Source: Eledone cirrhosa (lineage: Eukaryota). From it: a stretch of 64,000 bases of DNA. Numbering within the stretch: position 1 is the stretch's first letter; every line of letters begins with the position of its first letter. Location of the stretch: NCBI GenBank assembly GCA_964016885.1, contig OZ024752.1, positions 19,716,001 through 19,780,000 on the forward strand. The letters are read 5' to 3'. Below, piece after piece: positions 27,295 to 39,439 of the stretch. The position numbers and the translations under genes were made by a program. The notes beneath the pieces were generated by a model that made no database searches, was not told where the DNA came from, and saw nothing but the letters and a program-made list of their open reading frames with translations.

Positions 27295-27472
27295 AAACAA
27301 TATTAATTGCTATGTATTGCTCACGTGGATATAAACACGCACACACACACATTTACCCTAGCACCTATGCACGCATATCCGCACGCACACGCTTACCCTA
27401 GTACATAATCACGCACATACGCATGCACATATATACCTTAGTACATACACACGCACATACTAATCACTATAA

Positions 27473-27648
27473 TGGCAGTATCGGTAGAGGGTCGGACATG
27501 CTTTTGGCATAGTTACGTCCCTTTACGATCTGAGTTGAAATCCCGCCGAGGTTAACTTTGCCTTTCATCCTTACGGGGTCGATAAAATAAAGTACCAGTA
27601 ATGCACTGGGATAATTGCTGGCCTTGTGCTAAAAGTAGAAACAATTAT
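27473..27648 (+). mobile_element. tRNA-derived SINE
   Basis: Near-complete consensus copy. Confidence 0.85.
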
Positions 27649-27756
27649 ATTTATTAGTGAGTAATATAATGTTAATGGTAAGATACAGTAATAAACTATT
27701 TTGTTGTACACAAACCATACACCACAGCACCAGGAACAGCTTATATCTTGGAACTG

Positions 27757-28280
27757 TAACAACAGACATAACAACAACAACACTGACATAACAACAACAA
27801 CACTGACATAACAACAACAATGATATAACAACACAGACATCACAACAACAGAGACATAACAACAACAACACTGACATAACAACAACAACAACACAGACAT
27901 AACAACAACAACACAGACATAACAACAACACAGACATAACAACAACACAGACATAACAACAACACAGACATAACAACAACAACACTGACATAACAACAAC
28001 ACAGACATAACAACAACAACACAGACATAACAACAACAACACAGACATAACAACACAGACATAACAACAACAACACAGACATAACAACACAGACATAACA
28101 ACAACACAGACATAACAACACTGACATAACAACAACACAGACATAACATCAACACTGACATAACAACAACAATAACAATGACATAACAACACAGACATAA
28201 CAACAACAACAGACATAACAACAACAACAACACTGACATAACAACAACAATATGGCAAGTACCAACAACAACAACAACAG
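27757..28280. repeat. (AAC)n-based variable minisatellite
   Basis: ACAGACATAAC(AAC)n units. Confidence 0.95.
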
Positions 28281-28349
28281 AAACGACATGGTGGAGTTGG
28301 AATGTCTGAAGTGGTTTAAAAATGTCGGCTGCCAGTCGCCAGTCGTTGA

Positions 28350-28665
28350 AAATAAGGGTTTCTGATTTAGACAGAAGACGGGGAAGACGATTAAATCGAA
28401 CTCGGTATTTGAACGATATTTTATCGATCCACGAGGCAATGCAATACAGAGTTGACCTCGACAGGATTTCGACCGTGACAAATGCCACAAACTGTTTGTA
28501 CAATGCTCTACCGATTCTACCAATCCACCGCCCAATAACAAACCTACTAATAAGGGTTTCTGATTTAAACACAAGGCCAACAATTTTGGCGCAGAGGAAA
28601 GTCAATAAAATCGACACCAGTGTGTTACTGGTACTTTATATTATCAACCCCGTAAGGATGAAGGG
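28350..28665 (-). mobile_element. Two degenerate SINE copies
   Basis: AATAAGGGTTTCTGATTTA.. twice, each followed by SINE core. Confidence 0.7.
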
Positions 28666-28862
28666 AAGAGAGCTTATTTAGTGTAAACAAAGCTCCATAC
28701 ACTTAACATGTATGTGATACTAAAGGTTTCGGGATTAGGGTCACCACATTTAAACTGTCCCTTCATTCAGACACGTGGACGAGAATTTCTGGCCCCTGAA
28801 ATCATTGGTAGCATATTCATGTTAAGTGTGTGAAAAATTGTTTACAATATCTCTCTCTCTCC

Positions 28863-28898
<36 letters not shown>

Positions 28899-28971
28899 CC
28901 CACTCTACTTACCCTAAGTATTGAGTACTCTGGTGCTTTATGGTCCATCTGGTTCCTTACCACATTTCCTT

Positions 28972-29029
<58 letters not shown>

Positions 29030-29031
<2 letters not shown>

Positions 29032-29181
29032 AAGTATGTTTTGAAACAGTGAGCGAGTTTGAAATTAAAAAATATATAGCTTTCACCGTATTTTTGACTA
29101 AAGGAATTTTTCCATTTATTTGAGGGTTCTAAATCCCGTTATCAAGCTAAAAAATTCCTTTAGTCAAAAATACGGTAAAAG

Positions 29182-29185
<4 letters not shown>
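29030..29185. mobile_element. Fold-back family F: ~40 bp arms plus left tail
   Basis: TATATAGCTTTCACCGTATTTTTGACTAAAGGAATTTTT and its reverse complement; unfolded homolog at 32157-32295. Confidence 0.75.
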
Positions 29186-29255
<70 letters not shown>

Positions 29256-29259
<4 letters not shown>

Positions 29260-29694
29260 CAAGAAAGAAGAGTGACATGGTTTGCTATACAATAAGGGCT
29301 TTATTCACATTGCTGACAATTGTTTCTCTGAACTGGTAGGTCTAGTGATCGCTACCCGCCTGATTTTACGTCAATAGATTGGTTATAACAAAGTATTGGT
29401 GATCGATTGACGCAAAATCAGTCGGGTAGCGATCTCTATAACTACCAGTTCAGAGAAACAATTGTCAGCAATGTGAATGAAGCCCTTATTGTATAGCAAA
29501 CCATGTCACTCTTCTTTCTTGATTTATTATTACTCCAAGTATAAACTACATAAAAATTACCGCGTACTCGCAGCATCACTATGGAAACGTCTTGTTGAGT
29601 CAAACTTAGCCAAGAGTTAATACTATCCACTACTCGGAGTACTCTAACTGAACTACATCTAAGTGGACTACCTATAACGATAATTTGTTATCCC

Positions 29695-29695
<1 letters not shown>
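29256..29695. mobile_element. Fold-back family G: ~120 bp arms (29256-29375, 29406-29525) plus right tail; 3' half of a hammerhead
   Basis: Arms are reverse complements and each carries GAAA-CAATTG-TC pointing outward; (TA)n on both flanks. Confidence 0.8.
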
Positions 29696-29757
<62 letters not shown>

Positions 29758-29863
29758 GCATTAACAGAGAAAGCCTTAAGCGATACTCTGACCTCCATCT
29801 CACTCAACAAACATTAGGATATACCTGGCTAATATTAAACACTCTTTGATTGTTGTTTATAAA

Positions 29864-29897
<34 letters not shown>

Positions 29898-29899
<2 letters not shown>

Positions 29900-30279
29900 G
29901 GTGTTGGATGCTTAAAGCGTCAGTATGCGGTAGGCCGTATGAGCACTCAATGTCCTCGTAGAGCAGAGTATGATATCACAGAAAAAAGAGAATCAGTGTT
30001 GCGACGAAAAAAATGTATTGGACATATTACAATTGTTTCTCGGGCGACCAGCTCGAGGCAGGATCGATATGGTGATCAAGCCTGACTCTGAAATAACTCG
30101 ATTCTACGAAGCAGATTTTCCTATAGGAAAATCTGCTTCGTAGAATCGAGACGAGTGATTTCAGAGTCAGGCTTGATCACCATATCGATCCTGCTTCGAG
30201 CTGGTCGCCCGAGAAACAATTGTAATATGTCCAATAAATTCCTTTCGTCGCAACACTGATTCTCTCTTTTCTGTGATAT
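29898..30279. mobile_element. Fold-back family H: ~150 bp spacerless palindrome plus left tail; 3' half of a hammerhead
   Basis: Centre CCTATAGG at 30120-30127; GAAA-CAATTG-TA then AATAAA; (TA)n on both flanks. Confidence 0.85.
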
Positions 30280-30315
30280 ATATATATATATATATATAGT
30301 TAGAGAAGCAAAAAA

Positions 30316-31314
30316 TTGCTTATTGTGATCCAGCTTTTGGTTAAGAAAGCCAGTTTCATGGATGGTTTCAACGTAGGCCACTTAGATAGAGTAGAATATA
30401 TAGATGAAAGCCTCCGTGAAGCGCACACAAACACGCATAATACAAACTCCGGTAACACACGCACACACACACTTACGCATAGAACTGCAAAGTATACGGC
30501 AAATAGAAATACAACATCGAAATCAAGCAGTAGAAAATATATTTGGTATAACCCCATATTTAACACCTCTATTAGTACTAACCTACCCTCTACCTTCTTT
30601 AGAATAATAAATAAGCACTTTCCAGATTCACATAGATACAGCAAAATCCTTAACACTAAATCTATTAGACTATCTTACTCCACGGCACCAAATATAGAGG
30701 CACACATTAAGATGCTTAACGCTAAAAAGATACATAACAACACCAAAACACAAATTTACAACAATAACAATACAATCACCACCGAACACAACAGAATATC
30801 TAATACACAACCACCCGTTAATAGGCAAACAAAACGTAACACACTTGTACAGGCATCGCAGTCCACAAATAATGCCAAAGTTGCCCATGACAAGAACTTA
30901 ACTGCCACCTACCTGAAACATAATGAATGTATGCAGTCTAACCTGGTTTACCAATGCACAGTGGAATCAGACAACCAGAAATGGTATTACATCGGAGCGA
31001 CTGGGAATACATTTAAAGCCCGTTGGTATACACACCGTTACGCAATGAAACATTCTCAGCACCGTTATGTAACTACCCTTGCAAACAAGACCTGGCAACT
31101 GAGGGAAAGTAACCATCAATACACCCTGAAGTGGAAAAAATTATCGAACGCGCCCCCATATCGGAGTGGTATGAGAAGCTGCCGATTATGCGACCTTGAG
31201 CTGTTCCACATCTTAAGTTCGAAGAATAAGTTACTCAACAATAAAATCGAAAGATCTATTTATTGTAACCATAGACTCAAAGAGAAGTTTTCGCACTACA
31301 AATCGAACCCTTAA
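30316..31314 (+). CDS. Penelope-like element C-terminal region with GIY-YIG endonuclease (5'-truncated, RT absent)
   Basis: IWYNP..TN..F..INKHFP..H..KILN..SYS..N linker, NLVY..YIGAT..FKARW..H, CRLC..E..LLN..E..CNH; open for 332 aa. Confidence 0.88.
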   Translation: MLIVIQLLVKKASFMDGFNVGHLDRVEYIDESLREAHTNTHNTNSGNTRTHTLTHRTAKYTANRNTTSKSSSRKYIWYNPIFNTSISTNLPSTFFRIINKHFPDSHRYSKILNTKSIRLSYSTAPNIEAHIKMLNAKKIHNNTKTQIYNNNNTITTEHNRISNTQPPVNRQTKRNTLVQASQSTNNAKVAHDKNLTATYLKHNECMQSNLVYQCTVESDNQKWYYIGATGNTFKARWYTHRYAMKHSQHRYVTTLANKTWQLRESNHQYTLKWKKLSNAPPYRSGMRSCRLCDLELFHILSSKNKLLNNKIERSIYCNHRLKEKFSHYKSNP

Positions 31315-31885
31315 CCTCTTACTACCAACTGACAAACTGCATATACTTAGACTTTATACACTTTTGTTGTATCTAAACCCTTTTAATTACCCACAAAACC
31401 AATACATATATCCCCCTCTTCTCCCTCATTCCTCTTCTATTTCTTCCTTCCTTCCCTCCCCTTCTTGGCTATCTTTTCTTTTCTTCTTTCTCACCCCCTT
31501 CTTTGCTTTTATTTTTGTCATTATCTTTATCTTAATTTTATATATATATATATATATATACACACATTTATCTCTTTATATCTCCCCCCTCTCTCTCTCC
31601 CTCTCTATCCATCCCTCCCACTATGATCAATTTAATTCTCTTTAACTCACTACATTCCACGACATGAAGTCTGCTATCAAAACTGATCAAGGAATCCTTC
31701 CACCTCCACCCCTCCCTCCATCTCAGTTTGTCACTCTACTTCCTACCTCTTCCCCCTTCCTCTCTCTCTATACTATTCCGTTTGTCCCCTCACCTCCTGA
31801 TTCCTCTCTCTCTCTATACTAGTAAATACAATTCCAAATAAATGTTTTTCTCTATATATTAAGAATTATTTCAAGAGTAACTCAC

Positions 31886-31987
31886 TATTTTGAAAATTTG
31901 GACTGTGAACAACAATTATAATTGAGTGGCTGCTATTTGCAGTATAGCAATATAAGGTTGCACTTACCAATGAAACGGTCGTAAATA
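31886..31987 (+). ncRNA. Candidate type I hammerhead with U3-A8 core and long stem II insert
   Basis: TATT TTGAAAA T TTGG [65 nt] CCAA T GAAA CGGTCG TA AATA, on the same strand as and downstream of the GIY-YIG ORF, shortly before (TA)n. Confidence 0.55.
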
Positions 31988-32037
31988 CCTGGATAAAATC
32001 CTTCTCTTAATGCTTACCTGTGTTTTCTCTTTTATAC

Positions 32038-32068
<31 letters not shown>

Positions 32069-32090
32069 ATGCTAAACAAATTCAGAAACG

Positions 32091-32155
<65 letters not shown>

Positions 32156-32792
32156 TATGTAAGAATATTTTCGAAACAGCGAGTGGCTTTGAAATTATTA
32201 GAAATGTAAGCTATCGCCGTATTCTGACTAAAGAAATTAAAGAAATTATTTAGCCTGATAGTGGGGTTAAGAACCCGCGGAGAAATGGAAAAAGACGAGT
32301 ATTGACGTACATGGTATTGACGTACATGAGTATTGGCGTATATATATAAAACTGATGTTGTCTGTGTGTGTATCCTCATTTTGCAAAGTCTATACAAATC
32401 CACATTTCTACTCCGATTGACTTCAAACTTGCATTTATTTATTCCTTGCGGTCTAAAGATATTACTGCAGCTTTTATTTTTCAATTTTCTGTTGTTAAAG
32501 GGGTGTTAAGAGTCGGTTATTCATCTCCGTCGCGCTCTTATAATATCTGTCTGTATTCCTGGCTGTCTTTATTACAACATTCTGACGCACATTGATGACG
32601 TATTATGTTCGCTATTTTCCGTTCATTGCTAGGGAAAGTTTAAGCAAAGTATCGTCTTCCTGTTTTCCTTCGGTTGCAATGTTTTTCGAAATATTTACTT
32701 CTGCGTTCACAGATTGATGTTTTTGGTTTCAGAAGATCCCGTTAAGGGTGAAAGCAACGATTCTTTGCTTAAACTTTAATCTGTTATTTTAA

Positions 32793-33288
32793 TCTATATA
32801 TGTATATATATAAAACTGAGGAAAGATGTATGTATGTATGTGTGTATGTGTGCGTGTGTGAAACCCGAGAAGTACCGAACCGATCTTTTTCAAACTTTAC
32901 ATGTATTACTTATATTTCAGGGAGTGTTATGCACATAAAAAAATTCAACGTTTTGATCTCCTAGGGTCTGAATTAGGTGAAAAATTGCGTTTTTTCCAGC
33001 TTTTTAGGGGTTTTTTTAGGCGTTACGTCAGACAAATTTCCTTGAAATTTCAAGGCATATTATGCACATTAAAAAAAATTCATTTCTTGATCCCCTAGGG
33101 CCCGTATTAGGTGAAAACCTGCCTTTTGCCTGCTTCATCGAGGAAAATCATAGAATATCCAGCTATCAGAGTATTCGATTTATTTTCTTTACATATTATC
33201 CAGGCATGCAGTTTTTCCACGATTAGGTCTGTTAGCGGTCCGCGTTCCAAAATACCTTATCCTGTGCAACGCCGGGTACCACTGCTAG
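32793..33288 (+). mobile_element. Non-autonomous Helitron
   Basis: A|TC start, (TATG)n and CCGATCTTTTTCAAACTTT, imperfect hairpin CCTGTGCAACGCCGGG then CTAG|T. Confidence 0.82.
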
Positions 33289-33530
33289 TATATATATGTA
33301 TATAATGTGGTTAATATTAAACACTCTTTTATTGTTGTTTATAAAGTATATATATATATGTTCCCCCTATTTACGTGTCCCAACGACTTTTTTTAGCCGT
33401 TGCTCGCACCAACCAGAGGTATATGGTCTTTAAAGCGATGAAATACCAATGAAGGTTTGAAGATCACTGATGAAGGACTAAATTTATTCATATGTAACCC
33501 ATTTGCAACCACGCAGCACGCCATGTTTTC

Positions 33531-33629
<99 letters not shown>

Positions 33630-33854
33630 TTTACAACACAGTTTACCAGCTATTATAAAATACTCTATCAATGTATTAGAGTTTCGTGAAGAACCTTAAT
33701 ATTACTTGTTCTGTTCCACAGCGGGTTATGTACTGATGTCAATAGAGTTGTTAGTAAAATTAGAGACGTGTGTTACAGACACACATACATGAACACACAC
33801 ATATACATGAACACATACACAAGCATACATACGCACAATCACACATACATATTA

Positions 33855-34050
33855 GTCTCAGTTCCTCCAAGGAAGACGTGTGTTACACAGACACTGATAC
33901 ACACACATACACACCGACACACACTCAATCCCCTACACACATTAATCTCAGTTCTTCCAAGGAAGACGTGTGTTACACAGACACTGATACACACACATAC
34001 ACACAGGCACATACACACACATTAATCTCAGTTCCTCCAAGGAAGACGTT
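33855..34050. repeat. Three copies of a CA-embedded unit
   Basis: TCTCAGTTCYTCCAAGGAAGACGT x3. Confidence 0.85.
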
Positions 34051-34446
34051 GCTTCAAATATGTAGGTCAGTGAACTCAATATCGTACTAAAAAACAGCAA
34101 CAAATCCGGGACATCTTAACATTAAGGTGATTTGCATACAGATGATTCGTTTAATTATCGTTCCTGCTGAGTATTCTAAGTAGGTGACTAAGTACAGTGA
34201 GAAATACAAACTTGATGACACCGTCTAGATATTTCTGCACACGTGAAGTTTATCATAATTTATTTTAGTATAAACATTTGTAATCACCATATCAGGATTT
34301 CTTGCATCATTACCTGCTTCTGTTGCACATGGAGGACCGGGTTTTCACCTGCTGAAGCCCTAAGCTATATGATATTTGAAGAGGCCCTTCCCTAAAAGTT
34401 TCGGGTAAATATTTTAAAAATAATTATACATTATTAATTTTTATAA

Positions 34447-35147
34447 TAATTGTTTCTACTTTAGGCACAAGGCCAGCAATTATCCAGTGCATTACTGGCA
34501 CTTTATTTTATCGACCCCGTAAGGATGAAAGGCAAAGTCAACCTCGGCGGGATTTGAACTCAGATCGTAAAGGGACGCAACTATGCTGGAAAGCATGGCG
34601 TCCGACCCTCTACCGATACTGCCAATCCTCATAATAATTGTTTCTACTTTAGGCACAAGGCCAGCAATTACCCAGTGTATTACTGGTACTTTATTTTATC
34701 AACTCCATAAGGATGAAAGGCAAAGTTAACCTCGGCGTGATTTGAACTCAGAATGGCAAGGGCCGTAACTCCATGCGTCAAAGCATGGTGTCCGACTCTC
34801 TACCGATACTGCCAATCCACCGCCCTGCACATAATAATAATCTATAATTAGGCGGTGGATTGGCAGTATCAGTAGAGGGTCGGACGCCATGTTTTGACGC
34901 AAAGAGTTACGTCCCTTTACGATCTGAGTTCAAATCCCGCCGGGTTAACTTTGTTTTCATCCTTACGGGGTCGATAAAATAAAGTACCAGTAATATACTC
35001 GGTAATTGCTGGCCTTGTGCCAAAAGTAGAAACAATTATTTTTTATAATAATTGTTTCTACTTTTGGCACAAGGCCAGCAATTATCCAGTTCATTACTGG
35101 TACTTTATTTTATCGACCCCGTAAGGATGAAAGGCAAAGTAAACCTC
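34447..35147. mobile_element. SINE cluster in orientations minus, minus, plus, minus
   Basis: Copies at about 34447-34628, 34634-34825, 34850-35040 and 35048-35147. Confidence 0.85.
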
Positions 35148-35189
35148 ATGTTAATGATAAAGAATAAATTATATATATATATATATATA

Positions 35190-35382
35190 TAACAAAGGAA
35201 TTGTGGTAAGGAACCAGATGAACCATAACGCACCAGAGTACTCAATACTTAATGTAGTAGAGTGGGAAATAGGAAAAAGTATGACCCCGACGGCAGAGCT
35301 CAAGCCGTTTCGACGGGTATTTCTGGAGTCCAGAAATAGCCGTCGAAACGGCTTGAGCTCTGCCGTCGGGGTCATACTTTTT

Positions 35383-35388
<6 letters not shown>
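35190..35388. mobile_element. Fold-back family I: ~58 bp palindrome plus left tail
   Basis: ATAGGAAAAAGTATGACCCCGACGGCAGAGCTCAAGCCGTTTCGACGG and its reverse complement; relatives at 28895, 37787, 39180 and 44075. Confidence 0.85.
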
Positions 35389-35433
<45 letters not shown>

Positions 35434-35616
35434 GAATGGTATCAACCTTAATTAACCGAAACCGTAGTGATTTCCAGAGGTTGACTGAGATGAGACTGTC
35501 CGTCTTTCCGTTGTTTTTCCCCAGAGACGAACGAAGCAACAGCCATTTAACAACATGCTGCTTCGTTTCCTTGAAGCTTACCTTCCTTCAGTTGGTATAC
35601 ATATATTACGCAATTT

Positions 35617-35674
35617 ACACCTGAAGATGTCACCGGGTTCTTATGCAATCTGGCCACTGAAATGTGCATAGTGT
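35617..35674 (+). ncRNA. Type I hammerhead ribozyme (family E) in a solo PLE end with tail (about 35430-35850)
   Basis: ACAC CTGAAGA TGTCACCGGG..TCTGGCCACT GAAA TGTGCA TA GTGT; 35555-35730 matches the reverse complement of 25250-25420. Confidence 0.75.
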
Positions 35675-35866
35675 TTGCAGAAATAAATAATTAAGGAAAT
35701 TGAACATATTTGGCCTCCTGTCATTTCACATCCAACATGACTCACATCAAAGATGGATGAGTTGCATAACGTCGAGTGCTTTTCAAATATTACGTTATGA
35801 TTAACATTGCAGAATGACCAATTCTACCCAGTGGTAAACCATCAAATTTAAACGTATATATATATA

Positions 35867-36040
<174 letters not shown>

Positions 36041-36325
36041 CTTGGTATGTTTATATACATTTTTTCTTCTAACTTTAATTTTATACTTAATTGTGTATGG
36101 TTGACGGTATATTTAATCGATTTCCACGTGCTATTGAAATGGTGGGTAAATATTCTATAGCTGTTGATCGCGAATAGATGGCTGTCGTTTATGTATCTAT
36201 TATTTCTTCATAGGTGCCTTTTAATCTTATAGCCTGGTTTAATTGTTTTTTTTTGTGTTGTTGATTATGCTAATTGGGAGAGGAGATGGTGTATATATCT
36301 TATCAAATGATTCTATGGAATACTT

Positions 36326-36389
<64 letters not shown>

Positions 36390-36726
36390 ATATGTTTGAT
36401 GATTTGTTGTCAAAGAATAAAAGCTAATAATAAAATATAAATATGTTTTTTTTAAATGAGGCCTCCGAGGATGTGTAACCCTAAGCTATAGTTTATTTAG
36501 CTTAGAGGCCCAACCCTGTCCACATGTTTCCGCAGTGAATCAGTTCCCCATTGCACCAGCAGCAATGAATTGTATTGATGCGACTATTAAGACAACAAAA
36601 TATATTAGTTATTTTGAGTAACAACCCAAAGTGACAACAAACGGAAGAGTTGAGAGTCAATGTATTAGGTTATGAAGAAATGGAGGAGAGATGCCGACAT
36701 TTCGGACAGTTTGTCCTTTGTTAAAA

Positions 36727-36831
<105 letters not shown>

Positions 36832-37344
36832 TATTCTTTTATATATTTACATGGCAGCAACTCAATGACTGCTGACACCAAGAAAACATAAAACGCATAT
36901 ATATATATATTTATATGTGCGTGTATTTGTATACCTATGGCGAGTGTTTTCGCGTATGCTTGTGTATGTACGTATATGGATGCGTGTATGTATTTATTTA
37001 ATTTCAATTACCTTTGTATTTTATTTTCTTTATTCTTAACTCTGAAGTCGAGAATCATTCGATTTCCTAGTTAGAATTTTAGTCTACGACTTCTGCTATA
37101 CCATTTACGTGGTTTTGTCTTTGCGTGCAATTGTTCTCTACGCTCCACATATGACTTATTATCTTCGTTTTTTCGTTCATTGCCAGAGAACGTCTCTATG
37201 AACCACCTCAGAGAATATTAGTCTACGACTTCTTTTATACCATAAACGTGGTTCTGTCTTTGCGTGTAATTGTTTTTCACCGCTCCAAATAATGACGTAT
37301 TATATTCGTTTTTTCCCGTTCTTTGCCAAGAACGTTTCCACGAA

Positions 37345-37590
37345 CCAAAGTATCGTCTTCCTGTCTTCCTCCGGTTGCAACGTTTTTTGAAATATTCACT
37401 TCTGCGTTTACAGATTGACTTTGTCAGTTTCAGAAGATCCCGTTAAGGGTGAAAGCAGCGATTCTTTGCTTAAACTTTAATCTGTTATTTTAATAAATAT
37501 TTGCTCTACGGTTCTTATATATTTGATATAAATGTATCCTTATCGAGCCCTCTTTGGATTTTAGTCTTCGAATTTATTATTATTACTATA
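37345..37590 (+). mobile_element. Family A unfolded copy with tail
   Basis: AAAGTATCGTCTTCC..TTTCAGAAGATCCCGTTAAGGGTGAAAGC..tail. Confidence 0.75.
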
Positions 37591-37643
37591 TATATATAGT
37601 GACGAAATATAAGTCAATTGCATGAACTCATAATCCTTTATTT

Positions 37644-37699
37644 ACTGCTATATATATTTCGATGATAGCCATTGAATGGCTATGACCTCACCAGGCAGT
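37644..37699 (-). ncRNA. Type I hammerhead ribozyme (family J), core A6 mutated to G
   Basis: ACTGC CTGGTGA GGTC ATAGCCAT TCA ATGGCTAT CATC GAAA TATATA TA GCAGT then AATAAA. Confidence 0.7.
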
Positions 37700-37786
37700 T
37701 AGTCAGTTCTTAGATATGCCAGCTCTGTGTTTATGGTGTTGATGATATCAGAGCCTTGGGACATTATATATATATATATATATATA

Positions 37787-37922
37787 TAGGAACAAGTAAG
37801 ACCCCGACGGCTGAGCTCAAGCCGTTTCGACGGCTAATTCTGGACATACCCACTCTACTACCCTAAGTATTGAGTACTTTGGTGCGTTATGGTCCACCTG
37901 GTTCCTTACCACATTTCCTTCG

Positions 37923-37925
<3 letters not shown>
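37787..37925. mobile_element. Family I: inverted arm fused to tail
   Basis: Single inverted arm then ACCCACTCTACTACCCTAAG..CCTTCGTT, inside (TA)n. Confidence 0.8.
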
Positions 37926-38018
<93 letters not shown>

Positions 38019-38684
38019 GTTTTTACGCACGCGGCTGCCACATTTCAGCTCTCTACTATATCGCTCTATAATAGATGATCGCATTTAAAGTCCGTTAAAT
38101 GTTCTTGGCACTGCCATTGTTACTATCGCTTTCCTCTAGCCATGGGACTTGGAGACATAAGCCGAATGCTACCATTCTATTATACATCGATGTGGGACTA
38201 CTCTTTCTAATAACCATTTTTTCACTTCTTATTAATTTGTGTGTGAGACACGATGGCTGACGGCTTTTGACGGGAACGAAAAGATCCCGGCACCACGTAA
38301 AATTTGTAAATCGGTGGCTGGTCGAGGGACGGAGTTGTATCGGGTGCCAGTTGCTAATCGCTTTAACGTATCGGTTGTCACAAACAGTCATGACCGGCAT
38401 GGGCTGGGGTTTAGATTCTGTCTCGATCGATTGGTTACTGACTAGGCGATACCCGCTGATGAAGCCGCATAAGCTGATTGTGCATTGCTGCATAATATAT
38501 GCAGACGGATGGTGCAGTGCACCTTACTGTTGCATTAAGTGCGGCCGAAACTCGAGTCCGGGAACTATTATAGGTACCCGTTTTATGTGTGTTGTATTGA
38601 AGCGAATATCTTACATTGCCCATTGAGTACGCTGAGATACAACCAGTCCTGGCATTGATAAATATGCTGGGTCCGTCAACTCCT

Positions 38685-38720
<36 letters not shown>

Positions 38721-39439
38721 CAAGAAATGACAAGACAAACACAAAGATACAAAAAACACAGTCTCATTAGTATCACGCAAAGGAGGAAGTAGAAGATATA
38801 TGTGTGTACGAGAGCATATATATATATATATATATATTGTTATACTTTGGGAGGGTCATGTTGCCAATAAGAAACACACGCACCAGTTGCTTTCATTCCA
38901 ATTTATTATAAATTAAATTTATAAATTTAAGAAATTTGTAAATTTCCGGTTGGTTGGTTGGTTCCATAACCGGACGGTTGTTCATATATTGTCAAAGTTC
39001 TTTCGTCACACATTATGTGACCTCTTCAGTGACTGGGGATTCTTCTCTTTGTTTTGTGCCTCTCCTGTGTTCTGTCCTCCGCCATCTTGTGTGTGTTGTG
39101 TGCTTAGTTCGCGCATGTGTTACATCCGTGTGTCTGTGTGTGTTTTTATATATATGTGTGTGTTTTATATATATATATATATGAAAAGATTTAAGACCTC
39201 GACGGAGTCCTGAATCTTTTCATATTACCCACTCTACTGCCCCAAACATCGAGTACTCTGGTGCGTTATGGTCCACCTGGTATCTTCACACACCCTCTTT
39301 GTTATATATACTAGCAGAAAAACCGCCCTCGAGTGGTTTTCTGCTAGCATATGTAGTGTGCATATTGGTATTATACGCAAATATATATGCATATAGATAT
39401 ATGTAATTTGAAAAGTAAATTGACAATATCTTCTTCACC

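Noticed and set aside
27571-28617. 348 aa and 209 aa Cys/Val-rich ORFs
   Set aside because: Antisense translation of the AAC minisatellite and SINE sequence
31655-31710. SECIS element downstream of the PLE ORF (ATGAA..AAAA)
   Set aside because: No adequate stem or closing GA quartet, and no in-frame TGA in the ORF
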